The notes beneath the pieces are model-generated. The model was not told the origin of the DNA and searched no databases. It saw only the letters and a list, made by a program, of their open reading frames with translations. The translations under genes and the position numbers were made by a program. This document shows, in pieces, positions 20,758 to 31,861 of a DNA stretch of 64,000 bases (the stretch's first letter is position 1; each line of letters starts with the position of its first letter). This DNA is from a bacterium. GTDB taxonomy: Bacteria > Bacteroidota > Ignavibacteria > UBA10030. Location of the stretch: assembly GCA_043803945.1 (NCBI GenBank), contig JAZDJN010000098.1, positions 1 through 64,000 of the forward strand, written 5' to 3'.

Positions 20758-22053
20758 ATGAACCGTGTTTACATAGAAAACTTAGAGAAGCATATCGGCG
20801 AAGAAGTCACGCTCCATGGCTGGCTCTACAACAAACGCTCTAGCGGGAAAGTCCGCTTCCTCATTATGAGAGATGGTTCCGGCCTGGTACAAGGCGTGAT
20901 GATGAAAAACGCCGTGCCCGAAGAGATTTTCACCCAATTCGATGCGTTGACTCAGGAATCCTCCTTTGCCATGACCGGAAAAGTACGGAAGGAAGAGCGC
21001 GCGCCTGGTGGTTTCGAGATGGAAATCTCATCTCTGAAAATCTATTCGATCGCCAAGGAATATCCGATCACCCCAAAGGAACATGGCATTGAATTCTTAG
21101 CCGACCGCAGACATCTCTGGCTGCGGTCCTCGCGTCAGCACGCCATTCTTCGTGTCCGCCATCGAATTGTAAAAGCCATCCGTGATTTTTATGATGGCCG
21201 GGGTTTTATACTCATCGATTCACCCATCTTGACACCAGCGGCCTGCGAAGGCACCTCCACTCTTTTTGAAACTGAATACTTCGATCTTGGAAAAGCATAC
21301 CTCACACAGTCCGGACAACTGTATGCAGAAGCCGGTGCGATGGCGCATGGTAAGGTCTATTGTTTTGGCCCGACGTTCAGAGCGGAGAAATCGAAAACAC
21401 GCAGGCATCTCACAGAGTTTTGGATGGTTGAACCGGAAGTTGCATTCAACGATCTGAACGATAATATGGAATTGGCAGAAGACTTTCTGGAATATATCGT
21501 TCAATCGGTGTTGAAGGATTGTGATCAAGAATTGAAAATACTCGAACGCAATACATTGCTTCTGCAAAATGTTAAAAAACCACTTCCCCGCATTTCCTAT
21601 GACGAGGCTGTGGAGATTCTTCACAAGAAGGGGATGGCGTTCGAATGGGGCAATGACCTCGGAGGAACCGATGAGACGGTTATCTCCGAACAGTTCGACC
21701 GGCCCGTGATGGTACACCGCTACCCTGCAATAGTGAAAGCGTTTTACATGAAGCGTGATCCGGAAAATCCAAAAGTAGCGTTGGCGGTTGACGTTCTCGC
21801 ACCTGAAGGTTACGGAGAGATTATCGGCGGCAGCCAGCGTGAAGATGATCTCGATCTTTTGCTGGGCCGTATCAAGGAACACAATTTGCCCGAATCGGCA
21901 TTTGAGTGGTATCTGGATCTGCGGCGCTTCGGCAGCGTGCCGCATTCCGGATTCGGCCTTGGCCTGGAACGGACCGTTGGTTGGATTTGCGGCCTCGACC
22001 ATGTTCGTGAGACCGTGCCCTTCCCGAGGATGATCTATCGATTAACTCCATAA
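20758..22053 (+). CDS. asnS: Asparagine--tRNA ligase
   Basis: OB-fold N-terminus, [43 protein letters not shown]. Confidence 0.96.
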   Translation: MNRVYIENLEKHIGEEVTLHGWLYNKRSSGKVRFLIMRDGSGLVQGVMMKNAVPEEIFTQFDALTQESSFAMTGKVRKEERAPGGFEMEISSLKIYSIAKEYPITPKEHGIEFLADRRHLWLRSSRQHAILRVRHRIVKAIRDFYDGRGFILIDSPILTPAACEGTSTLFETEYFDLGKAYLTQSGQLYAEAGAMAHGKVYCFGPTFRAEKSKTRRHLTEFWMVEPEVAFNDLNDNMELAEDFLEYIVQSVLKDCDQELKILERNTLLLQNVKKPLPRISYDEAVEILHKKGMAFEWGNDLGGTDETVISEQFDRPVMVHRYPAIVKAFYMKRDPENPKVALAVDVLAPEGYGEIIGGSQREDDLDLLLGRIKEHNLPESAFEWYLDLRRFGSVPHSGFGLGLERTVGWICGLDHVRETVPFPRMIYRLTP

Positions 22054-22065
22054 GCGAAAGAATCC

Positions 22066-23226
22066 ATGCTTAAGATATTTAATCTCAGAAAATCTTTTGA
22101 CAGTGTCATCGCAGTTGACGGCGTTTCATTTGATGTGAAGCGTGGAGAACTCTTCGGATTGTTGGGTCCGAACGGAGCAGGGAAGACAACGACCATCAGA
22201 ACCGTCCTCAATATTATTTTGCCTGATAGCGGCTCGATTACATTCGACGGGAAACCCTTCACGCAGGAGATGTGGAACAATATCGGTTACCTTCCAGAAG
22301 AACGGGGATTGTACAAGAAAAGTAAGATCATCAACACGATTCTCTATTTCGCATCTCTCAAAGGTTTATCGGAGAAGGATGCGAAGCCCATCGCATACCA
22401 ATGGCTCGATCGTTTTGGATTGAAAGACGGTGCCAACAGAAAAGTTGAAGAACTCTCCAAAGGAAATCAGCAAAAAGTGCAGTTGATCGCATCTGTGTTG
22501 CACAGTCCGCAACTGCTGATTCTCGACGAACCGTTCACCGGGCTCGATCCGGTCAATCAAATTATCCTCAAAGATATTCTGATGGAGCTCCGCCAGCAGA
22601 ATGTTGCCATCATCTTCTCGACGCATCAGATGGAGCAGGTTGAAAAGATGTGCGACAATATTTGCCTGATCAATAAAGGCAAGCCGGTGCTGAATGGTGC
22701 CCTCGCCGACATTAAAAAGCAGTATGGGACGAATTCGGTACGGTTAGAGTTTGAGGGAGATGGGTCCTTCCTCAAAACTCTTCCCAATGTCAAAAGGGCG
22801 GATGTTTATCAAAATTACGCCGAGCTGGAATTGACCGATATAAGCAAGAGTAGAGAACTTCTAGCCGGTCTGGATGACAGGCTTGATCTTCGGAAGTACG
22901 AAATTGTCGAGCCTTCATTAAACTCAATCTTTATTAATATCGTGGGTCCTCCGCCTCCCTTGGAAGATATTATGGAAGTGTCTGCAAGTGTGAAGAAAAA
23001 AAGCAGTACACCTCAGGATCCACGCGTACGGAAAGCGCTCCTCTCCTTTGGCCTCTCGATTGTCTTCGCTATAGTATTTATCGCTGCGACGTCGGCGAAG
23101 GGTGACGTCGATCCAATGATGATCGGATTGTGGATTGCCATTATCGCCTTTTCAGGATTCCGATACTTCAAAACGAAGAACGATGTTCTCAAATCGTTGG
23201 GATCCGGAAAGGAGGGTGGACAATGA
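22066..23226 (+). CDS. ABC transporter ATP-binding protein (NatA/YhaQ-like) with C-terminal membrane extension
   Basis: GPNGAGKTT, LSKGNQQK, LDEPF, STH; two hydrophobic helices after EPSLNSIFI. Confidence 0.92.
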   Translation: MLKIFNLRKSFDSVIAVDGVSFDVKRGELFGLLGPNGAGKTTTIRTVLNIILPDSGSITFDGKPFTQEMWNNIGYLPEERGLYKKSKIINTILYFASLKGLSEKDAKPIAYQWLDRFGLKDGANRKVEELSKGNQQKVQLIASVLHSPQLLILDEPFTGLDPVNQIILKDILMELRQQNVAIIFSTHQMEQVEKMCDNICLINKGKPVLNGALADIKKQYGTNSVRLEFEGDGSFLKTLPNVKRADVYQNYAELELTDISKSRELLAGLDDRLDLRKYEIVEPSLNSIFINIVGPPPPLEDIMEVSASVKKKSSTPQDPRVRKALLSFGLSIVFAIVFIAATSAKGDVDPMMIGLWIAIIAFSGFRYFKTKNDVLKSLGSGKEGGQ

Positions 23227-24464
23227 AATATCTCGAAGTGGCAAAGTGGGAATTTCTGGAAAAGGTAAAATCAAAGGCATTCCTCATCTCCCTCGTTATG
23301 ATGCCGCTCATCATGATTGTCTTCGGTGTACTTCCTGGGCTTCTGGCCACGCGAGGTGATGAGAAAACACTGACCATTGGAATTCTCGATGAGTCGGATA
23401 GTCTCTTCTCTGAGCTCTCTCAGCGCATCGGCGAGAAATATAAGCTTGATGATGGCAGCCCGAATTATCGACTTCGCAATCTTCGTACAGACAGCGATTT
23501 CAACGGGGCAAAGACGGCGGCGAATACTCTTGTTTCGTCGGACTCGATTGAGGGCTATTTCCATATTCCTAAGGCGGTGTTTGATAGTGGGAAGGTCGAA
23601 TATCGCGCCCGGAATGTAGGAAACTTTAGGACCACAGAACGATTTTCCAGAACCATCGAAGAAATTATTGTTGAAAAACGTCTGAAAAATCGTGGATTGA
23701 ATCCGATTGAGATCAGGAAGTTAATGACCGATGTCACCATCAAGTCGATAAAAGTTTCAGAAAAAGGAGTGGAGAAAGAATCGGGCTTCATCGAAGTGTT
23801 TTACAGCTCCTATATCTTTATCATGATGTTGATGTTTCTTGTTTTAACATCGGGCCAACTCCTGATACGAAGTGTGATCGAGGAGAAACAGAACCGTGTC
23901 ATTGAAGTATTGCTCTCGTCATGTTCGGCACAGGATTTAATGATCGGAAAAATTCTTGGACTCAGCGGATTAGGATTGCTGCAAATTTCCTTGTGGGGCA
24001 TTATTGGCCTTGGATTTGCCCTGAAGGCAGGCTCGTCCTTAATTGCTTTTGATATACTTTTTCTAGCGGCGATTTATTTCGTGTTGGGATACATTCTTTA
24101 CTCGGCCATCTTTGTTGCTGCCGGTTCACCCATAACGACTGAACAGGAAGCGCAGCAGATCACGACGTATATCTCGCTGGCACTTGTTTTTCCGATCGTG
24201 CTTGCGTTTCCGGCGATGCAGAATCCCGATTCTCTGTGGATTAAGATTATTAGTTTTATCCCCATTATGACACCGGCATTTATGCTGCTTCGCCTGCCGA
24301 TTCAGATGCCTCCCCTGTGGGAGATCTTTGGTACGATTGCCGTGCTTGGTGTTTCGAGTGTGGTGATGATGTGGATTGCGGGAAAGATTTTCCGGACTGC
24401 AATTCTTGTCTATGGCAAGCGGCCGTCCTTGCCCGAATTGGTGCGATGGCTCCGGGAAAAATAG
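23223..24464 (+). CDS. ABC-2 type permease (NatB/YhaP-like)
   Basis: EEKQNRVIEVLLSS, GKILG, C-terminal KIFR..ILVYGKRP; ATG 23223 overlaps the upstream stop. Confidence 0.92.
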   Translation: MKYLEVAKWEFLEKVKSKAFLISLVMMPLIMIVFGVLPGLLATRGDEKTLTIGILDESDSLFSELSQRIGEKYKLDDGSPNYRLRNLRTDSDFNGAKTAANTLVSSDSIEGYFHIPKAVFDSGKVEYRARNVGNFRTTERFSRTIEEIIVEKRLKNRGLNPIEIRKLMTDVTIKSIKVSEKGVEKESGFIEVFYSSYIFIMMLMFLVLTSGQLLIRSVIEEKQNRVIEVLLSSCSAQDLMIGKILGLSGLGLLQISLWGIIGLGFALKAGSSLIAFDILFLAAIYFVLGYILYSAIFVAAGSPITTEQEAQQITTYISLALVFPIVLAFPAMQNPDSLWIKIISFIPIMTPAFMLLRLPIQMPPLWEIFGTIAVLGVSSVVMMWIAGKIFRTAILVYGKRPSLPELVRWLREK

Positions 24465-24504
24465 CTGATTCAGAAACTGATAACCATGTGAGGTTATTGA
24501 AACA

Positions 24505-25017
24505 GTGACACTCGATTCAATTCTCTTTTACTTGCTTGGAGCCGTAGCCATTGGTTCTGCTCTGATGATGATCACCCGCCGGAATCCGGTTCTCTCTGCG
24601 CTCTATCTCATCCTGAACTTTTTTGCGCTCGCCGGGCTCTATTTAACGCTTCACGCTCAATTCATCGCTATCATTCAAATATTGGTGTATGCCGGTGCGA
24701 TCATGGTGTTGTTCCTTTTTGTCATCATGCTGCTGAATCTAGGGGATGAAGCGAGTTTGCGTTCGAAACTCACACGGGTGAACATGTTCGCCATTGCTCT
24801 GAGTGGAGCATTAATTCTCGAACTCCTCTATATCTTTGGCTATTCGATGAACACTCCTGCGGCCTCACTCTCTCCAAATGCACTGGAGATCGGTACGATT
24901 GAGTACATTGGAAAACAGCTTTTTACGACGTTCCTCTTCCCCTTTGAGGTCACATCAATTCTCCTGTTAGCCGCGATTGTGGGTGCGGTGATCATGGCTA
25001 AGAAGAAACTGGATTAA
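24505..25017 (+). CDS. nuoJ: NADH-quinone oxidoreductase subunit J
   Basis: [30 protein letters not shown]. Confidence 0.96.
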   Translation: MTLDSILFYLLGAVAIGSALMMITRRNPVLSALYLILNFFALAGLYLTLHAQFIAIIQILVYAGAIMVLFLFVIMLLNLGDEASLRSKLTRVNMFAIALSGALILELLYIFGYSMNTPAASLSPNALEIGTIEYIGKQLFTTFLFPFEVTSILLLAAIVGAVIMAKKKLD

Positions 25018-25022
25018 GGACA

Positions 25023-25322
25023 ATGGAAATCCAACAATACTTATTACTGAGTGCAGTACTGTTTATCATTGGTGTCACCGGCGTTCTTGTCCGTCGCAAC
25101 GCTATCATCGTGTTCATGTCCATTGAGATCATGTTGAATTCGGTGAATTTAACGCTCGTTGCCTTTTCTGCCGCACTTGGTGACGTTACCGGGCAGATGC
25201 TCGTGTTTTTTGTCATGACGGTCGCCGCTGCGGAGGCAGCAATTGGACTCGCGATTATCATCGCACTCTTCAGGAATAAACAGACAGTGAACATCGACGA
25301 AATCAACATTTTGAAGTGGTAA
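25023..25322 (+). CDS. nuoK: NADH-quinone oxidoreductase subunit K
   Basis: [27 protein letters not shown]. Confidence 0.97.
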   Translation: MEIQQYLLLSAVLFIIGVTGVLVRRNAIIVFMSIEIMLNSVNLTLVAFSAALGDVTGQMLVFFVMTVAAAEAAIGLAIIIALFRNKQTVNIDEINILKW

Positions 25323-25373
25323 CTTCAGACGAACAAACTGGCAGATTGCAAACTCAATAAAGAACCATAACCC

Positions 25374-27347
25374 ATGATCTCCTTTGCTCCTCTTATTATT
25401 GTTTTTCCCCTTGTCGGGTTTCTTGTTCTGGGACTTTTCGGCCGGAAGATTAAGTCCGAGTCGCTTGTTGGAACCATCGGCAGCGGTGCAGTCGGACTCT
25501 CATTCCTTGTCGCAGCGGGAATTTTTATTCAGATGCTCGGGATGCCGGTTGAGGAAAGAAAACAGATCGTTGAGTTGTTCAGATGGATTTCGACATTTAC
25601 TGATACTCCCGCATCGTTGAATGTCCCAGTTTCGCTCCAACTCGATCAGCTTTCCATCCTGATGACGCTGATCGTCACCGGTGTTGGATTTCTCATTCAT
25701 GTGTATTCGATCGGCTACATGCATGGCGATAAAGGATTTTGGAGATTCTTTACGTATCTCAACCTTTTTATCTTTGCCATGCTCAACCTGGTCTTGGCAG
25801 ATAATTTCCTTCTGATGTTCCTGGGTTGGGAGGGAGTAGGGCTGTGCTCCTATCTGTTGATTGGATTTTGGTACGATCGAAAATTTGATACCGGCGGGTA
25901 TAAACCGGGCACTGCCTACACCGGCGATGCGGCAAAAAAAGCATTCATCGTGAATCGTATCGGCGACTTTGGTTTCCTTCTCGGGATGTTTCTGATTGTT
26001 GTGAATTTTGGCAGCCTGAATTTTGAAACAGTCTTCAGCCGTGCTCCGATCATTCATATCGGTTCGGCAACGATTACCTGGATTGGTATCTTATTATTCC
26101 TTGGAGCCACAGGAAAATCGGCACAGATTCCGTTGTTCGTCTGGCTCCCCGATGCTATGGCGGGCCCAACGCCCGTCAGCGCGCTCATCCATGCGGCGAC
26201 GATGGTAACGGCCGGCGTCTACATGGTTGCCCGCTGCTCGGTCCTTTTTGCCCTCTCACCAACGGCACTATCGGTGGTGGCAATCGTCGGTGCGGTAACA
26301 GCCCTCGTCGCAGCGACCATCGGACTTGTTCAGAACGATATCAAGAAAGTTCTTGCCTATTCAACCGTGAGTCAGCTTGGCTATATGTTTCTGGCGATGG
26401 GTGTGGCAGCTTTTTCCGCAGGAATATTTCACGTGATGACGCATGCGTTTTTCAAAGCATTGCTCTTCCTTGGCTCGGGAGCGGTGATCCATGCAATGCA
26501 TGAAGAACAGGATATCCAGAAAATGGGTGGTCTAAAAAAATATTTGCCGATTACCTATAAGACTTTCTTTATTGGTGCTGTGGCAATAGCTGGAATTCCT
26601 CCGCTGTCCGGATTCTTCAGTAAGGATGAAATTCTCTGGAAGGCGTTCAGCAGTGAAGAGGGATCGGTATTGCTCTGGGTGCTGGGCGTACTTGGTGCGG
26701 CATTGACCGCCTTTTACATGTTCCGGCTTGTGCTGCTCACATTCGATGGAAAAGAACGGTTTGACCATCATCATGTTCATCCCCATGAAGCTCCAAACAC
26801 TATGACCATACCGCTGGTCATTCTTGCGTTTCTTTCGGTTGTGGGTGGATTTGTAGGTATTCCGGAGGCCCTGCTGGGAGGCAATGCCATCGAACATTGG
26901 CTCGAACCTGTCTTTTCCCCGGCGAATAATGTTTTGGCAATCACGCCTCACCATGGAGGAGTAGGGGAGTATCTGTTGATGGCACTTTCCGTTGGTGTTG
27001 CTGCCGGTGGAATCTACTTCGCCTATATCGTCTATCAACGCCGCACTGACCTGGCAAATGCCCTCAAGTCGCGTTTTTCATTTTTCCATAAAGTGCTCTG
27101 GAATAAATACTATGTCGATGAAGTGTACGACGCCACTGTGGTTCGTCCAACAGTGAAAATCTCCGAGGTGCTGCTTTGGAAAGGTGTCGATGTCGCTGTC
27201 ATCGATGGCATCGTAAACGGTTCTGCTAAAGTCGTTGACTGGATTGCATCGTGGTTGAGAAAAATTCAAACGGGAGTTGTGCAGATGTACGCGACAGTCT
27301 TTGTAGGAGGAATTGTCGTGATTTTGGTCTGGTTGCTCATCAAGTAA
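25374..27347 (+). CDS. nuoL: NADH-quinone oxidoreductase subunit L
   Basis: GWEGVG, GKSAQIPL..WLPDAMAGPTPVSALIHAATMV, HAFFKALLF. Confidence 0.97.
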   Translation: MISFAPLIIVFPLVGFLVLGLFGRKIKSESLVGTIGSGAVGLSFLVAAGIFIQMLGMPVEERKQIVELFRWISTFTDTPASLNVPVSLQLDQLSILMTLIVTGVGFLIHVYSIGYMHGDKGFWRFFTYLNLFIFAMLNLVLADNFLLMFLGWEGVGLCSYLLIGFWYDRKFDTGGYKPGTAYTGDAAKKAFIVNRIGDFGFLLGMFLIVVNFGSLNFETVFSRAPIIHIGSATITWIGILLFLGATGKSAQIPLFVWLPDAMAGPTPVSALIHAATMVTAGVYMVARCSVLFALSPTALSVVAIVGAVTALVAATIGLVQNDIKKVLAYSTVSQLGYMFLAMGVAAFSAGIFHVMTHAFFKALLFLGSGAVIHAMHEEQDIQKMGGLKKYLPITYKTFFIGAVAIAGIPPLSGFFSKDEILWKAFSSEEGSVLLWVLGVLGAALTAFYMFRLVLLTFDGKERFDHHHVHPHEAPNTMTIPLVILAFLSVVGGFVGIPEALLGGNAIEHWLEPVFSPANNVLAITPHHGGVGEYLLMALSVGVAAGGIYFAYIVYQRRTDLANALKSRFSFFHKVLWNKYYVDEVYDATVVRPTVKISEVLLWKGVDVAVIDGIVNGSAKVVDWIASWLRKIQTGVVQMYATVFVGGIVVILVWLLIK

Positions 27348-27365
27348 CAAATTGAAGTGTGCGGA

Positions 27366-28961
27366 ATGCTGACTGACTCCATTCTTTCCCTGACAATCTT
27401 TCTCCCGGCAGCGGGTGTGGCCGCTCTCTTTGCCGTGAAGAAAGAGAATATCGAGCTTATCAAGAGCGTCGGATTTGGTGCGACGGTGTTGACGTTTCTG
27501 GTATCTCTTGCCCTGTTCTTCCGATTTGACATGCTTGCCGAGGGATTCCAATTTCAACAACGGATCCTCTGGATACCGTCATTGAATATCAGTTACTTTG
27601 TGGGTATCGATGGCATGTCGCTGCTTCTCATCCTTCTCACCACGTTCCTAACTCCACTAGCACTGCTGGGAACATGGAACTCAATCACGCATCGCCTTCG
27701 TGAATACACGATGATGATCCTGTTGCTCGAAGTGGGTATGACCGGGGTCTTCGCGGCGCTCGATCTCTTTCTCTTCTACATGTTTTGGGAAGCGATGTTG
27801 ATTCCGATGTATTTCATCATCGGCATCTGGGGAGGCCCGGAAAGAGTGTATGCTGCGGTAAAGTTCTTTCTCTTCACTCTCTTTGGCAGTTTGTTGATGC
27901 TTGTTGCAATCCTCTCTCTCGGATATTTCGCTTCGACGCTTCCGGGCGGTCAATTTACGACAAACCTTCTCGAGCTCTACAGCATTGCGCCCCAGGCGAC
28001 GCTTGCCCTTCAGTCCTGGATGTTCCTGGCGTTTGCACTCAGCTTTGCTATTAAAGTCCCGCTCTTTCCGCTGCATACATGGCTGCCTGATGCGCACGTG
28101 CAGGCACCAACCGCTGGCAGTGTTATCCTGGCCGGCGTCCTGCTGAAGATGGGTACGTATGGACTAATCAGGTTTTGCCTTCCGTTGTTCCCAGATGCGG
28201 CGCTTCGCTTCACTCCACTTATGGCAACACTCGCGGTGATTGGCATCATCTATGGCGGATTGGTGGCAATGGTTCAGACCGATATTAAAAAGCTTGTGGC
28301 CTACTCATCAGTTTCCCATCTGGGATTTGTTGTCCTCGGCATCTTTGCGATGACTGAGGAAGGCCTTCAGGGAGCCATTATCCAGATGATTAACCATGGA
28401 CTCTCAACCGGAGCACTCTTTCTTTTGGTAGGAATGATTTACGATCGTGCCCACACCAGAACCATTTCCGATTTTGGAGGCGTGGCTAAGCTGATGCCTG
28501 TCTATGCAACATTCTTTATGATTGTTACACTCTCTTCAGTCGGCTTACCCGGATTGAATGGATTTGTCGGAGAATTTCTTGTCCTCATCGGCAGTTTTCA
28601 ATCTGCTATCCTGAATACGTATGTCTATACTGTTTTCGCCGGACTCGGAGTGATTATTGCAGCGGTCTATCTGTTCTGGATGTATCAACGGGTGATGTTT
28701 GGGCCAATCCGGGAGGGTGGACAGTACGGAGGTCATACACTTCAAGATATTTCCTCTCGTGAGATTGCAGCACTTGTGCCGATTGCTCTCTTCATTGTAT
28801 GGATCGGAGTTTACCCTTCGACATTTCTTAGAACATCAGCACCACTTGTAAAGAAAACTGTCCAGGTGATGGAGGGAGCCCGTCAAGGGAAGCAGATACG
28901 ATTGGTCGAGGGAGAACAATTTAAGTCGCAATCTGCAGGAAGTACTCAACATAAACAATAG
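27366..28961 (+). CDS. nuoM: NADH-quinone oxidoreductase subunit M
   Basis: FWEAMLIP, IKVPLFPLHTWLPDAH, LLKMG, GFVGEF. Confidence 0.97.
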   Translation: MLTDSILSLTIFLPAAGVAALFAVKKENIELIKSVGFGATVLTFLVSLALFFRFDMLAEGFQFQQRILWIPSLNISYFVGIDGMSLLLILLTTFLTPLALLGTWNSITHRLREYTMMILLLEVGMTGVFAALDLFLFYMFWEAMLIPMYFIIGIWGGPERVYAAVKFFLFTLFGSLLMLVAILSLGYFASTLPGGQFTTNLLELYSIAPQATLALQSWMFLAFALSFAIKVPLFPLHTWLPDAHVQAPTAGSVILAGVLLKMGTYGLIRFCLPLFPDAALRFTPLMATLAVIGIIYGGLVAMVQTDIKKLVAYSSVSHLGFVVLGIFAMTEEGLQGAIIQMINHGLSTGALFLLVGMIYDRAHTRTISDFGGVAKLMPVYATFFMIVTLSSVGLPGLNGFVGEFLVLIGSFQSAILNTYVYTVFAGLGVIIAAVYLFWMYQRVMFGPIREGGQYGGHTLQDISSREIAALVPIALFIVWIGVYPSTFLRTSAPLVKKTVQVMEGARQGKQIRLVEGEQFKSQSAGSTQHKQ

Positions 28962-28976
28962 AATCCTGATCACACA

Positions 28977-30404
28977 TTGAGAAAAAAACGGAATCAACAT
29001 CTACTGGTTTTTATTGTTGTCGGAATTATCGTATTCATCTTTTTCAATGTTACAGAACATGTTTTTGAAGCTGCAGAGATTCTTCCGGTAAGCAGTTGGC
29101 TTGTCACGCCATTCGTTCTTTTACTTGCTGCGATTGCCCTTGTGCCTTTTATCAACCGGCATTGGTGGGAGCATAACTATCAGTACATCTCTTATGCCCT
29201 GGGAGGAGCGGTGGTGCTCTATTATCTCTTCGGGTTGGGGAATGGACCAAGAGTGCTGCTGACATTCTATGAGTATGTCAGTTTTATTTCACTCATCGGA
29301 TCGCTCTTTGTGGTTTCCGGGGGCATCCATCTCAGGATTAGGGGCAAAGCCTCTCCCTGGGATAATGTTGCGCTTCTTGCCGTGGGTGCGGTGCTGTCCA
29401 ATCTTCTGGGGACAACAGGCGCATCGATGATCCTCATTCGCCCGTATCTCAGGGTGAATAGGTATAGAGTCAAACCTTACCATGTCGTCTTCTTTATTTT
29501 TGTGGTAAGCAATATCGGAGGGGCGTTAACACCAATTGGAGATCCACCGCTTTTTCTCGGATATCTCAAGGGGATACCGTTCTTTTGGGTGATTACTCGG
29601 GTCTGGCATATCTGGTTGATAACGACAGGGCTTGTTCTCCTGGTCTTCTTCCTGATTGATTGGAGGGCTTTTCATAAACAGCGAAAATCAATTCAGCATC
29701 AGGCGATGGTACCGGATGAACCGGAGGCATCGGGACTCAATAATTTATTATTCCTGGCCATCATTCTCGGTTCAGTGTTTATTCAGAGGCCGATTATGCT
29801 CCGGGAAATTCTCATGTGGAGTGCGGCATTCGCCTCCTATTACACGACAAAGAAGGAGATTCACGAGAAGAACGAATTCAATTTCATTCCAATAAAAGAG
29901 GTTGCAATTCTGTTCATTGGAATTTTTGCGACAATGATTCCAGCGCTCGATTGGCTTGAACTGAATTCACAAACACTTGGCATCATTACTCCCGGCCAAT
30001 ACTATTGGGGTTCAGGAATTCTTTCGAGTTTTTTAGACAATGCTCCGACGTATCTAAACTTCTTAAGCGCAGCGTTCGGATTGCATGGTGCCAATGTCGA
30101 TAATGTCCAGCATATGCAGGTGATACTCGGGTATGCAACGCCGCAAGCACTTGGCCTTCAAAATCCATTGCATCCGGGAGCATTTGAGGTCACAGCAGAG
30201 ACCTGGAAATATATTCAAGCGATTTCACTTGGAGCAGTCTTCTTCGGAGCAAACACCTATATTGGGAACGGCCCGAACTTTATGGTAAAGTCGATTGCAG
30301 AGCACTCTGGAGTGAAAGTACCGAGTTTCTTCGGCTATATGATCCAATACAGTATTCCGATTTTGTTACCGATATTTTTTATAGTCTGGCTATTATTCTT
30401 TTAA
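28977..30404 (+). CDS. Putative sodium:proton antiporter (IT superfamily, DUF1646-like)
   Basis: GTTGASMILIRP, SNIGGALTPIGDPPLFLG, SSFLDNAPTY, TYIGNGPNFMVKSIAE. Confidence 0.82.
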   Translation: MRKKRNQHLLVFIVVGIIVFIFFNVTEHVFEAAEILPVSSWLVTPFVLLLAAIALVPFINRHWWEHNYQYISYALGGAVVLYYLFGLGNGPRVLLTFYEYVSFISLIGSLFVVSGGIHLRIRGKASPWDNVALLAVGAVLSNLLGTTGASMILIRPYLRVNRYRVKPYHVVFFIFVVSNIGGALTPIGDPPLFLGYLKGIPFFWVITRVWHIWLITTGLVLLVFFLIDWRAFHKQRKSIQHQAMVPDEPEASGLNNLLFLAIILGSVFIQRPIMLREILMWSAAFASYYTTKKEIHEKNEFNFIPIKEVAILFIGIFATMIPALDWLELNSQTLGIITPGQYYWGSGILSSFLDNAPTYLNFLSAAFGLHGANVDNVQHMQVILGYATPQALGLQNPLHPGAFEVTAETWKYIQAISLGAVFFGANTYIGNGPNFMVKSIAEHSGVKVPSFFGYMIQYSIPILLPIFFIVWLLFF

Positions 30405-30419
30405 GGATGAACGAAGAGC

Positions 30420-31850
30420 ATGAATGTAACGACACACGACCTTTGGTATAGTGCACCACTCATCGCCCTTACAGCGTTGAGTCTTGTTACCCTTCTGTAC
30501 GAATCTGGAAAACGTGGGGATTCCGCCGGGACATTCTGGCTTTCTCTCCTTTCTCTGGGCACTGCGTTTATCCTTTCAACATTCAATCTCGATGTTCGGC
30601 ACATAGTCTTTGGCGGGATGATCCTTGCCGGTGGGTATGCGAACTACTTCAATCTGGTCTTTCTCTCGTCAGGCATTGTTACGCTGATATTCTCACGAAC
30701 CTATTTTGAAAAAGCTCAATACAGGCATGGAGAACTTTATGTTCTTCTCCAGTTTGCTATTATCGGCATGATGCTGATGGCTGCAGCCAATGACCTGATG
30801 ATTGTATTCTTAGGAATCGAATTAATGTCGGTTTGCTTATACATACTTGCCGGATTTCTGAGAAAGAAAGACCGGGGAAATGAAGCGGCTCTAAAATATT
30901 TTCTTCTCGGAGCATTTGCGACGGGCTTTCTACTCTACGGCATCGCCCTTGTCTATGGTACGGCAGGGACTACAAATTTTGATGGAATCGCTGCATTGAA
31001 GCAGCAATTACTCTCAAATACCATGTTCGTTATCGGTGCGGGGATGCTGGTTATCGCGTTTGCATTTAAAGTGTCGGCAGTACCGTTCCACATGTGGGCA
31101 CCGGATGTGTATGAGGGTGCACCAACGCCGATTACCGCGTTTATGGCGACAGGAGCTAAGGCGGCAGCGTTTTCGATTTTTGTGACAGTGTTTATTCACA
31201 CATTCGCGATTGAACATACCAAGCTTAATGAAGTCATCGCATTCATTGCTGCAGCTTCCATGGTTGTTGGAAATATTATCGCGATTGCCCAGACTAACAT
31301 CAAGCGGATGCTGGCCTATTCGAGCATTGCGCATGCCGGTTATATGCTCAGTGGTATAGCGGCAGGAAGCATTGAAGGCGAAATCGGTGTACTCTTTTAT
31401 GTCGCTGCCTACACACTCATGAATGTCGGGGCGTTTGCAGTCGTATCCTGGCTTGAGGGAATTAACGATCAGAAATTGACAGTCGACGATTATGCAGGAT
31501 TGAGTACGCGTCAACCGCTTGTTGCTGCCCTTATGGCAATATTTCTCTTTTCTCTCGCCGGCATTCCGCCCTTTGCTGGGTTCTTTGGCAAATACTATGT
31601 GTTCCTCGCTGCCGTCAAAGCGGATATGGTTTGGCTAGCGATTGTCGGTGTACTGGCAAGCCTGGTGTCGGTTTACTACTATCTTAGAATCGTGGTCTTG
31701 ATGTACTTCCGCGAAGGCAGCGCCGATATCGATAGTAAATTATCAGTGACCAGCGTTGGTGTGGTGACATTTCTGGCCGTGCTGCTCTTTCTGTTCGGTC
31801 TCTTTCCCTCCCTGGTTGTGAATCTGTTTAAAGGATTTCCCAACTTCTAA
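30420..31850 (+). CDS. nuoN: NADH-quinone oxidoreductase subunit N
   Basis: EAALKYFLLG, FKVSAVPFHMWAPDVYEGAP, AYSSIAHAGY, YYYLR. Confidence 0.97.
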   Translation: MNVTTHDLWYSAPLIALTALSLVTLLYESGKRGDSAGTFWLSLLSLGTAFILSTFNLDVRHIVFGGMILAGGYANYFNLVFLSSGIVTLIFSRTYFEKAQYRHGELYVLLQFAIIGMMLMAAANDLMIVFLGIELMSVCLYILAGFLRKKDRGNEAALKYFLLGAFATGFLLYGIALVYGTAGTTNFDGIAALKQQLLSNTMFVIGAGMLVIAFAFKVSAVPFHMWAPDVYEGAPTPITAFMATGAKAAAFSIFVTVFIHTFAIEHTKLNEVIAFIAAASMVVGNIIAIAQTNIKRMLAYSSIAHAGYMLSGIAAGSIEGEIGVLFYVAAYTLMNVGAFAVVSWLEGINDQKLTVDDYAGLSTRQPLVAALMAIFLFSLAGIPPFAGFFGKYYVFLAAVKADMVWLAIVGVLASLVSVYYYLRIVVLMYFREGSADIDSKLSVTSVGVVTFLAVLLFLFGLFPSLVVNLFKGFPNF

Positions 31851-31861
31851 TCAGCGATGTC

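Noticed and set aside
21220-22002. 260-aa antisense ORF over asnS and other overlapping short ORFs
   Set aside because: Shadow ORFs of well-supported genes with no recognisable motifs.
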